Source: a virus
Lineage: Duplodnaviria; Caudoviricetes
Virus record (IMG/VR): IMGVR_UViG_3300033463_000020
Length of the DNA: 64,000 bases
Direction: 5' to 3' (one strand)
Shown: positions 55,501-64,000 of the stretch, piece after piece
Numbering within the stretch: position 1 is the stretch's first letter
Layout of the letters: each line of letters begins with the position of its first letter
The notes under the pieces: generated by a model
Database searches by the model: none
What the model was told of the DNA's origin: nothing
What the model saw: only the letters and a program-made list of their open reading frames with translations
Program-made: the position numbers and the translations under genes

Positions 55501-56733
55501 TGGGATACGGTGATCGAAGCAAGTGGTACTGCGGGTACGCCGCCCGCGGCCTGGGATGTCACTGAGTCAAGCTTGGCGTATTCATTTATTAGCAATAGCA
55601 TTGCTTATACTGGTATTTATATCGACGAATATGGGTGTATGTATTATACGGCGAATAATATAAATACGCTTGTTTTTGATACGGTAGGTGCCGTGGGGCC
55701 CACTGGCTGGCAGGATGAGGGTTATCGCACCATTGTGTCTACCGTAGATCCCGACACAGTATTCTTGCAAGACTGGGCGGTTTTCTACGATAAAAATACC
55801 GACGGTGTGATTCCCACCCCCTTGTTCCCCGTGCAATGGAACTTTGTCATGGAAACCGAGAGTCCTACAGATGTTGCGAACTATTGGACGGTCCTCGGTT
55901 CCTATGTTAATGTTGGGTTCTACAGCAATGGCACGTCCTATACACGGTTCTCCGTTGACAGCGATGGTAGCATTTATTATGGTACGACGTCTAGTAACAC
56001 ACTTGTATATGACTATATTGCTGGTTGGGTACTGCCTGCATACCGGACAATAGCATGTGAAACGAACCCTGAACTATCTTTTGTTGGCAGTGATTGGAGC
56101 GGTTTCTATCGCGCTAATACTGTCCAAACCTAGTGGAGGAGCAGTCTAGACACTGGTTTAGAAGTTGATGGCGGCTCTATTTGGGGCGTTAGAGACGAGA
56201 CATTGTCGATTACTTTTGTATCTAATAGCACGACATACTCGTCTATTTATATTGATACTGAGGGCAGCATGTATTATGGTGGCACCATGGTATATGAGTA
56301 TCAGACCGGCTGGGTGAACGACGAGTATCGCATCATTACGACGGCGCAGCCCGCTACAACCGCATTCAATCACGGCGACTGGCTCACTTTTTATTATGCG
56401 AATACCGGCGCAGTGACGTATTGGCGCAGCAGATTGGAACCTTCAGGAGAGGATATGTCATATGAGGTGCTGAATCGGACCCTGTATTGTGCATTTATGT
56501 GCAATGGTACGATGTATGCATCGCTGTCTTTTGATAATGCGGGTAATTTTTATTACAACACGGCCCGGTAGTTTGGTGGAGGTACCAAAGTTTACGACAA
56601 CAATAGTGGCTGGGTACAGGGCGCCTATCGCTTGATCGCCACCGCTAGCAGCGGTAGCGAAGTCTTTGGCTTTGATGACCAAGACTGGTCAGATTTTTAC
56701 GACGCGAATGCTAACATTACAGATGAAGATTAA
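49516..56733 (+). CDS. Large tail/baseplate/receptor-binding protein, 2,405 aa (more than 20 in-frame TAG), with Fn3-like segments and four C-terminal repeats
   Basis: Twelve ORF fragments in one frame joined only by TAG; AGGAGG RBS; ends at TAA 56733. Confidence 0.8.
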
Positions 56734-56755
56734 AATTTAAAAGGAGGGGGATCTG

Positions 56756-58015
56756 ATGAGTACAACGACTCACTATGTTAATCTTAGTAGCGGCGACACC
56801 TTGGCGTTCACGATTAATGACGAGGACGCTTTGGGTTATTATGCGAATGCCGGAACGGATATTGCGTGGTTGCAAAATGCTATCTCGGATAATACCGTTC
56901 AGGCTATTTTTCGGATTTATGTTTTATATCCCGACGAAACTATTGCTTATGAGATCCCCCGCGATCGCATTAAGTCTGGCGGTAGCTATAATGAAAATTA
57001 TCAAAATGGCTAGCGGCGCACCTTGTCATTTACGTTGTACAACGAGGATGGACAGTACACCCCCAATGTTAATCAATTTTGGGTGGGTACGAAATTGCGT
57101 TTAGATATGGGGCTGTTATTGCCTTCGGGTAATAGCGTGTGGTTCCAAAAAGGCATTTTTGTGATTACCACCGCAGCCCCTTCTAAGGTCCCCGGGGCGC
57201 ACGAGGTGAATATCTCTGCGGCAGATAAATATTGTTTGTTTGAGCAGGGGCGAGGAGTTTTAGGAAGTACATATGTTGTTCCGGTGAACACCGATATCTA
57301 TGGTCTTATTTCGTCGATCTTATTTACCGACGGCGGGAACGGATATCTACTAGATTCAACACCGTTTTTGTTTAACCGTGCGCTGGAAACGAAAAAGACC
57401 TAGGCTGAAATTACCAAAAGCGCCGGCGATAATTTGGGCAGTATCTTGTCAGATATTGCCCTGCAAATTAATGCTGAGGTTTTTTATAATTCTACAGGCC
57501 AATTGGTTTTTGCTCCGATCCCCGAAGTCACTGCTGATATTAATAAGCCCATTTTATACCATTATGAGACGCCCAAGGGTGACCTGAGTTAGCTGGACTT
57601 TAACTTGGATTACGCTAATATTGTAAACCGAGTGGTGGTCATTGGCACGTCGTCGTCTGGAGGAACCTTTAGCTATGTGGTCGCTAATGACGATGCAACG
57701 TCGCCATTATGTTGGCAACGGATAGGTTTCCGTACCGGCGAGGTGATTACGGATACTAATATTTATTCGATGTAGCTAGCCAAAGAACGCGCCGAGTATG
57801 AGTTGAGATAGCGCTTAATTTTAACCAGTTCCGTAAATCTCACGATTATGTGCAACCCGTTTTTGTCGGTGAATAATTTAATTACGATTTCTGATGAGTT
57901 TTATGGTTTAAATCGTGAAAAATTCTTAATTCAGTCTGTGGGATGTGCGTTGGATTTCTCGAACCAGATGCAAATTAGCGTAACAAATATTCGGAACCTA
58001 CCATTTTTAACTTGA
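56756..58015 (+). CDS. Putative baseplate hub/tail protein (5 in-frame TAG)
   Basis: [Q]RRTLSFTL, GIFVI, FYNSTGQLVF, IVNRVVVIG and RAEYEL motifs; 419 aa. Confidence 0.7.
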
Positions 58016-58040
58016 CCTGGGCTGTTTGCCCCAATATAAT
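58012..58040 (+). promoter_or_regulatory. SigmaA-type promoter, CCCAATATAAT family
   Basis: TTGACC-17 bp-TATAAT; the -35 box contains the TGA stop of the upstream gene. Confidence 0.8.
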
Positions 58041-58088
58041 ATCACAGACCCGTAGGGGGCCAATGCAATTATCAGGAAAGGATAAGAT

Positions 58089-58340
58089 ATGGACAAGATT
58101 ATTGCACAGGACTGCACAGAACACGTTAATCATCCACAACACTACAATGTGGGGACAATCGAAACAATTGATTATTTACACAGTGTGCTAGGCCCGGAGG
58201 GGTGCTACGATTTTTGTGTCGGCAACGTTTTGAAATACGTCAGCCGTGCCAAACACAAAGGCAAACCTCTCGAGGACTTGCAGAAGGCCGAATGGTATTT
58301 GCATTATGCTATGCAGGTGCTGCGTGAGTCTGAAAAATAA
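58089..58340 (+). CDS. DUF3310 (SaV-like) protein
   Basis: VNHPQHY...IETID...GNVLKYVSRAKHK...EDLQKAEWYL. Confidence 0.85.
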   Translation: MDKIIAQDCTEHVNHPQHYNVGTIETIDYLHSVLGPEGCYDFCVGNVLKYVSRAKHKGKPLEDLQKAEWYLHYAMQVLRESEK

Positions 58341-58343
58341 CAG

Positions 58344-58372
58344 TTGACGGTTGCCCCCGATCCCAATATAAT
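58344..58372 (+). promoter_or_regulatory. SigmaA-type promoter, CCCAATATAAT family
   Basis: TTGACG-17 bp-TATAAT. Confidence 0.8.
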
Positions 58373-58424
58373 ATCTACGATGAGCTATACTCGTCACATT
58401 TTTTAATGCACAAAGGAGCAAATT

Positions 58425-59357
58425 ATGCCTGAAAAACAGAAAAACAGATACGCTAATTCGGTTCGTATCGTTGGTTATTTGAAGGAGAACAATCTTGAAA
58501 CCGTTACAAACACTCGTGGAGACCAGGTCATTCGAGGGGCGCTAGTAATCGCTACGACTAAAACCAGCAGCTACAAGGTCCAGTTTTATGTAGCCGCAAT
58601 GACATCAGCGAACGAGCCCTCGCAGGACTATGAACGACTGTCGGCGCTGCTGCCCGCCAATACCACGACGGTTGCGTCTCTCTTGAAAGCAGACAGTAAT
58701 ACTGATTTTGATAGCGCGATCGCCAATGCCACAAAGGTGTGGGTAATGGCGCGTTTGGACGAGTATGCGTCCCGCAGCGGTGAACGCGAGACTTCCATGA
58801 TTACCATCAAGGGCTTCCGGGGCGGTATCGCCAGCGAAGATAAATTCAGACCCTGTGCGGAGTTTGAAGCCGATGTGTATATCGAAACGCTGGCCGAAGA
58901 GGTGAACGGTGCTAACGAAAAGACGGGCCGTCTGTCTCTGGGTTGCGTCGTTCCGAAGTACAAAGAGATCATGGATCGCATTGATTTCATCGCGGGAACC
59001 GAGGGCAACGCTGCTCAGTTTATTGCCAGCCACTGGAAGGTCGGCGACACAGTGCACATCGGTGGCGACCTGGTCAATCTTCAGGAGCGTGTATTGGTGG
59101 AATCGGAGACCCCGAGCGAGGGCTTCGGACGTCTCACGGAGCCGCAGTACGAAACGCGGTTTGTTCGGGAGCGTGTTATTACCACTGGCGGACCGTGCAA
59201 GTGTGACCCGATCACTAAGGCGATGGTCAAGGAGGGGCTGGCCCAGCGAGAGCTGCTTATGCAGAAAAACGGTGCACGCGCCAAGCAGTCTCCAAATGCG
59301 AACGCTAACACCAGCGCAGCTCCGGCAAAGGCCGACCTGAGTGAGATGGATTTCTGA
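58425..59357 (+). CDS. Putative single-stranded DNA-binding protein (tandem OB folds)
   Basis: NSVRIVGYL start, VGDTVHIGGDL, acidic aromatic C-terminus EMDF; replication context. Confidence 0.65.
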   Translation: MPEKQKNRYANSVRIVGYLKENNLETVTNTRGDQVIRGALVIATTKTSSYKVQFYVAAMTSANEPSQDYERLSALLPANTTTVASLLKADSNTDFDSAIANATKVWVMARLDEYASRSGERETSMITIKGFRGGIASEDKFRPCAEFEADVYIETLAEEVNGANEKTGRLSLGCVVPKYKEIMDRIDFIAGTEGNAAQFIASHWKVGDTVHIGGDLVNLQERVLVESETPSEGFGRLTEPQYETRFVRERVITTGGPCKCDPITKAMVKEGLAQRELLMQKNGARAKQSPNANANTSAAPAKADLSEMDF

Positions 59358-59367
59358 GGGGCATAAT

Positions 59368-59772
59368 ATGACCGCCGATAAAAACGAGAACACGCCGTCG
59401 CTGGTCGACTTTGATTAGTTGGCCTGCTAGTTGATGGCAGTGCCGGGATCTCCCAAAGAGCTAGTAGCTTCGCCGGAGTTTTCGGAGCGGTATATAGAGC
59501 TTACCAATGCTTTAGCTTCTTTACAGGAACTAAAGAAAAACGTGGACGGCATGATTAAGGACGTGCTTCGTGAATAGTACTATGAAAATGGTGAAAATAG
59601 CATTGTCACGCCAGAGTGTCGTTATACCTATGTGCCTGTTGGCACGCGGGAAACGTTCGACTCCAAGGCGCTAAAGATTGCCGATCCCGAAACATATTGT
59701 CGTTATGTAAAAGTTGCGCAGGTGAGCGATTCTATACGTATTACTAAAAATCGTACTGATGGCACCCAGTAA
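59368..59772 (+). CDS. Hypothetical protein (3 in-frame TAG; absent from the ORF track)
   Basis: Open to TAA at 59772; TRETFDSKALK..DPETY motif seen in recombination-module proteins. Confidence 0.7.
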
Positions 59773-59773
59773 C

Positions 59774-60403
59774 ATGAAGTCCTGGGAGCGGCATGAACTA
59801 CCCAACGGTGAGCTGGTCATGTTTAATGCAGACGAGCATGCGTATATCGTACGTGACTAGGTAGTGCCCAGCGTCACAACGCTATTATAGACGGTTTATG
59901 GCAATCCATATACCGGCGTGAATCCGGAAACTCTGGACCGCGCAGCGAGATATGGCACTGCGGTACATAGCGAGCTAGAATCGTTGGTAAGCTATCGACA
60001 GGAGTGGGGGGAGGCCCCCACTCCGGAGATGATGCATTTTTAGGAAGTATAGAATTATTTTACCTATATTGAACCTATTTATTAGATAGTGCCGCAGCTC
60101 TTAGAGCGCGTGGTGGTGTTATATGATGCTGCTTAGCGCCCGGTCTCGGCCGGGCGTTTTGATATGCTGTGCACAGTAGCGGGGAAACCCTGTTTGGCCG
60201 ATTTTAAGACTACGTCGGCGATCCATCGCCCCCAAGTTACTGCATAGCTAAACTTATATCGGCGTGCTGCCGAGCAGTCGGGTTATTTGACCCAGGTTGG
60301 TTCGGTGTCGCTGGGGGTGATACACTTGCATGGCGAAACCAGTCGCTTTTTCCCTATCCCTATTTTGGGCGAGAATTTTCTAGAGCGATTTATCCCCAGT
60401 TGA
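59774..60403 (+). CDS. PD-(D/E)XK (Cas4/RecB-like) exonuclease (7 in-frame TAG; absent from the ORF track)
   Basis: PSVTTLL, GTAVH, AGRFD, ADFKT and A[Q]LNLY motifs. Confidence 0.85.
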
Positions 60404-60428
60404 CGGGGGACTTGCATCCCAATATAAT
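60400..60428 (+). promoter_or_regulatory. SigmaA-type promoter, CCCAATATAAT family
   Basis: TTGACG-17 bp-TATAAT; the -35 box contains the TGA stop of the exonuclease gene. Confidence 0.8.
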
Positions 60429-60465
60429 GTGGGTAAAGTCCATGAAGTAAAAGGAAGGGTAAAAC

Positions 60466-61326
60466 ATGAATTTTCCTCTGCTGACCTCTGAAGACATCGA
60501 GGTCAAAGTCAAGACCATTACCAAAACAGGCGCGCTCTTGCTGCTATATAAAACGGCGCGCGTAGACGCCAAAATTTTGGATGAAACCGTAGGCCCGCTG
60601 AACTGGTGCTGTGACTATGAAGAAATTAAAGGTAATCTATTTTGCAGGGTCGGAGTGCGTGAAAGCGCCGACCAGGATTTTGTGTACAAAAGCGATTGCG
60701 GCATTGAGTCGGGCCAGGATGATGGCAACGAGAAGAAAGCCGAGGCCAGTGATGCATTTAAACGCGCCTGCAGCCGCTGGGGCATCGGACGCGAGTTGTA
60801 CGACAGCTCTCTGCAGATCTGGGCTGAGGTAGCGACAGTTGAGCGCAATAACAAATGGTATTTACAGGATCCGTTTGCGCGTTATGTCGTAACGTCAATC
60901 GAGTATAATGAGCAGACTCGTGTAATTACGGCGCTCGAAATTTGCAATGCCAAAAGTAATGTGTGCGTCTTTTCATGGCGGCGACCGTCAGAAGGCGCCC
61001 TGGGGCGCAAAATGGTGAAGACCTGGGGCGGGAATAATGAGTCTACTGATTCTCCGGCCAATACTGAGACGACGCCGAAAGCAGCGCCCAAGACGGTAGC
61101 TCAAGCCGAAACCACGGATCGGATCCCGTTGGCACAGCTGATCAGCGATATCGGCGGCATGGTTAAGACGATGATGGCTAAAGACGGTGGGGCGGGCGCT
61201 TACAAGGACATCGTGGCACGCATTGCGGGCAGCGCGTCGTTCCGCTGCAACACTGCCACGGAAGAGCAGTATGATATCGTAAAGGGTATCTACGACGCTC
61301 TTGCTGAGGCAGGATATGGCAACTAA
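60466..61326 (+). CDS. Rad52/Sak-like single-strand annealing protein
   Basis: AR...LDETVGPLNW, KSDCG and KAEASDAFKRACSRWGIGRELY motifs. Confidence 0.8.
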   Translation: MNFPLLTSEDIEVKVKTITKTGALLLLYKTARVDAKILDETVGPLNWCCDYEEIKGNLFCRVGVRESADQDFVYKSDCGIESGQDDGNEKKAEASDAFKRACSRWGIGRELYDSSLQIWAEVATVERNNKWYLQDPFARYVVTSIEYNEQTRVITALEICNAKSNVCVFSWRRPSEGALGRKMVKTWGGNNESTDSPANTETTPKAAPKTVAQAETTDRIPLAQLISDIGGMVKTMMAKDGGAGAYKDIVARIAGSASFRCNTATEEQYDIVKGIYDALAEAGYGN

Positions 61327-61798
61327 AATTTGCCGCGGGTGTAATCAGCATATCGTTGGGATGAACTATGGATACGGTGGCGCTACTTATTGTGCCGCTT
61401 GTTTCCAGAAACTCCAAGATCGTCTGGCCCACGACGAGGGGGATCGCAGGTTATTATATGACACGATACGTCGTATTTTCAATGTTACCGAGATTCCCGA
61501 TGAAGTGGTAGCTGCGGTTAATCGTGAAGTGAAGGCCGGCCGCAAATTGACCGGCCTTACTGCCACCTTACGTTATTATTATGATCTTGAGGGACACGTA
61601 CCGGGCGGCGTGTATAGTGCTATTCCGGTATTCCGTGAACAGTACGAGAACGCACGGGATTATGCCCGTAAAATGGCGCAAATTGCGGAGCGTAATCAAA
61701 ACATAGACCTTGACGTCCCCCCGACGATAGTAACGGTCACCCCCGAAAGTTTGCGACCTATTCGGCAGCGTCCGACTATCAATATTGAAGATTTGTAA
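61301..61798 (+). CDS. Hypothetical zinc-finger protein
   Basis: CRGC...CAAC; probable start at ATG 61316. Confidence 0.65.
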   Translation: MLRQDMATKICRGCNQHIVGMNYGYGGATYCAACFQKLQDRLAHDEGDRRLLYDTIRRIFNVTEIPDEVVAAVNREVKAGRKLTGLTATLRYYYDLEGHVPGGVYSAIPVFREQYENARDYARKMAQIAERNQNIDLDVPPTIVTVTPESLRPIRQRPTINIEDL

Positions 61799-61824
61799 AT
61801 TGACGGAGAGGAGGAAGTCCGTTT

Positions 61825-63435
61825 TTGGATAACATACAGTCCGTAGAACTACAGACAGGGGTAGCCTCGAATAAACTGGCTATCATGCATGTTTTGGCAG
61901 GATTAATTGACGACCCTCTTCGTTTTGCTAATAACGCCTACTCCTTTAGCGAGGACGACTTTCCTGAGCGTTTTCATAAGATAGTGTTTGCAGCCATTCA
62001 GCATTTGGCGATGAATGGAATGGAGCACATAGGGTATATTGATATTGATCAATTTCTTAAGCAGTATGCCGTACAATACAAGGTGTTCTGCGCCAATCGG
62101 GGCGTGGAGTATATTCAAAACATCATGGCAATGTACGACCCAAAGAAATTTGACTACTATTATCATACACTTAAAAAATATAGTCTGATTAATGACTTAA
62201 ATGCGAAGGGAATCGACACCAAAGATATCTACAATCCCGATATTATTGACCCCATTGAGAGTGAAAAGATGTATCGGACATTCGATAGTCTCACGGTCAA
62301 TGACATTCTGTTAACGGAAGAAACTAAAATTATTCTGGCCAAAGAAAAATTTGGTAGCAATAGTGACCGTGTCGAGAACAAGGCCGGTGATGGTCTGCGT
62401 GCCTTAAAAGAGCGCTTCAAAGAAACCCCGGATATGGGGTTGGGATTGTTATCGCCCAAGCTGACCACTATTTTACGCGGGCAGCGTCGAGGGTGTCTGT
62501 TTATTGAATCGGGCGGATCTGGCTTTGGTAAGTCACGTCGTGGCAATGGTGAGGCCTGTCATTTAGCTATCCCCGAATATTATGATACTCAAAAAAAGAC
62601 CTGGGTGAACACCGGGCTGCATGAGAAAGTTCTGATGATTTCCACCGAGCTGGAAGAGTTTGAGTGTCAGCAAATGTGGATGGCTTTCGTCGCGGGTGTT
62701 TCCGAGGCGCATATCAAAGACGGACGTTACGCCCCGGGAGAGGAAGAGCGCGTTGATAAGGCCATAGATTTAATTGAACGTTCGGAATTATATTTCGTTA
62801 GTATTACGAACTATGATACGGACGATATTGTCAATATTATCAAGAAATATAAGCAATTGCATGATGTGAACTATGTCTTTTTTGACTATTTGGGCGAGAC
62901 ATTAAAGATCACATCATCCGCAACGCGTCAAACCCGGGTGCAGGGGCTGCGTACCGATCAGATCTTGCTTTTGTTATCATCTGCATTGAAAGACACGGCC
63001 AAAACACTGGGTATTTATATCTGGACTGCTTCACAGCTGTCGGGCGATTACAAAAATGCCAAGGATTTAGACGCTGCGTATCTACGATCGGCGAAATCAA
63101 TCGCTGATAAAGTGGACGCTGGTTTAATCTTAATGCCCGTGCGCGAAGCCGATCAGCCCGTTATTGATACGTATTGTGCGCGTGGTTTTGAGTTGGCGCC
63201 GAATTTTGTTATCACAGTCTATAAGGTACGTGCTGGCAGCTATCAAAATATTAAAGTGTACGTCTATTTTGACCGGGCTACGTGCCAAATGTTTGACTGT
63301 TTTGTGACCGACCGCGATGGTGCGATCCTGCCGATAGAGGACACTAATGTTGACCTGGTGTTGGATGACACGCGGACCGAGGCTTTCTTAGAGGCTTACG
63401 ATCTCAAGGCTGGCGATGAGGATTTTGATTTTTGA
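61825..63435 (+). CDS. dnaB: DnaB-like replicative helicase
   Basis: Walker A GGSGFGKS, ISTE, FFDYL, TASQL and AKSIADKVD motifs. Confidence 0.85.
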   Translation: MDNIQSVELQTGVASNKLAIMHVLAGLIDDPLRFANNAYSFSEDDFPERFHKIVFAAIQHLAMNGMEHIGYIDIDQFLKQYAVQYKVFCANRGVEYIQNIMAMYDPKKFDYYYHTLKKYSLINDLNAKGIDTKDIYNPDIIDPIESEKMYRTFDSLTVNDILLTEETKIILAKEKFGSNSDRVENKAGDGLRALKERFKETPDMGLGLLSPKLTTILRGQRRGCLFIESGGSGFGKSRRGNGEACHLAIPEYYDTQKKTWVNTGLHEKVLMISTELEEFECQQMWMAFVAGVSEAHIKDGRYAPGEEERVDKAIDLIERSELYFVSITNYDTDDIVNIIKKYKQLHDVNYVFFDYLGETLKITSSATRQTRVQGLRTDQILLLLSSALKDTAKTLGIYIWTASQLSGDYKNAKDLDAAYLRSAKSIADKVDAGLILMPVREADQPVIDTYCARGFELAPNFVITVYKVRAGSYQNIKVYVYFDRATCQMFDCFVTDRDGAILPIEDTNVDLVLDDTRTEAFLEAYDLKAGDEDFDF

Positions 63436-63446
63436 GGTGGTGAGCC

Positions 63447-64000
63447 ATGTTAGATAGCAATAAAGTCAAAAAGCGCTTGACCACCGAGAATGTCATTGAG
63501 CTATGCTGCACGCTACAGGATGACCGGAACGTGTTATATGATGCGCAGGGGCATCCGATTTTCAATACGTGTCTTTGCCACGGGGGAGACAGCGATAAGT
63601 TATATTATTATCCCGAAACGCAATTGTTCCACTGCTACACCTGCGGTGATAGCTATGATATATTTTCGTTGGTTCAGCGCGCCAAGGGATGCGAATTTCG
63701 CGATGCGTTTCGGTATATCGTTGATTTTTTTAAGCTGAGAGGATTTCGAGACGACAGTGATGAAGATCCTCCGCTGAGCGATGACTGGGATATTTTCCAG
63801 CGCATTAAGGACTGCGAAACCAATGGGGTCGTGCGCGAAGAAGCGCCCCCGATGCCCGAAAATCTATTGGAATTTTTCTACCCGCTCGCCGCGCCTCAGG
63901 AGTGGCAGCGCGATGGCATCAGCCCACAGGTCATGCGTGCCTTCGGCATTCGGATAGATAGTGCCTTGCAGCATATCATTATCCCGCACCGTAACGTGCG
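63447..64000 (+). CDS. dnaG: DNA primase, CHC2 zinc-finger N-terminus (partial, runs off the window)
   Basis: GAGGTGG RBS; CLCHGGDSDKLYYY...FHCYTCG...DIFSLV; IIIPHRN at the window edge. Confidence 0.8.
   Translation, partial: MLDSNKVKKRLTTENVIELCCTLQDDRNVLYDAQGHPIFNTCLCHGGDSDKLYYYPETQLFHCYTCGDSYDIFSLVQRAKGCEFRDAFRYIVDFFKLRGFRDDSDEDPPLSDDWDIFQRIKDCETNGVVREEAPPMPENLLEFFYPLAAPQEWQRDGISPQVMRAFGIRIDSALQHIIIPHRNV

Noticed and set aside
11048-58015. Mass pseudogenisation or sequencing error as the cause of fragmented ORFs
   Set aside because: Breaks are exclusively TAG, frames are preserved, catalytic motifs are intact, and TAG aligns with CAG in a paralog
17885-59393. Long antisense or alternative-frame ORFs (e.g. 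18132-18920, 25410-26276, 58605-59393)
   Set aside because: They shadow strongly codon-biased genes and lack RBS or recognisable motifs
63490-63738. 82-aa ORF from the track
   Set aside because: The primase frame starting at 63447 has the RBS and CHC2 motif and runs off the window end

Overview
This window is part of a large tailed dsDNA phage genome, probably a siphovirus of an anaerobic Firmicute. The host guess rests on sigmaA-type promoters, strong AGGAGG ribosome-binding sites and nrdD/nrdG, and the gene order resembles SPbeta. The supplied ORF track is fragmented because the phage appears to read TAG as glutamine (genetic code 15). Re-reading TAG as sense merges dozens of fragments into full genes that end in TAA or TGA, and a duplicated tail gene shows TAG aligned exactly with CAG. 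Layout: a leftward block with a YonO-like single-subunit RNA polymerase (1-8.5 kb); a divergent control region with an 11-bp repeat array; head, tail and lysis modules with embedded RuvC, tyrosine recombinase and class III RNR genes (9.7-58 kb); then a replication/recombination block (SSB, exonuclease, Rad52-like annealase, DnaB, primase). The standout feature is a ~3,860-aa tape measure gene (36443-49311) that is invisible under the standard code. Its N-terminal part carries an ordered set of two-barrel RNA polymerase motifs including NLDFDGD, then a PD-(D/E)XK nuclease domain, then the tape-measure domain. The gene is split by a group I intron whose homing endonuclease is itself TAG-recoded. 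All assignments come from manual translation and motif recognition; no database searches were run.
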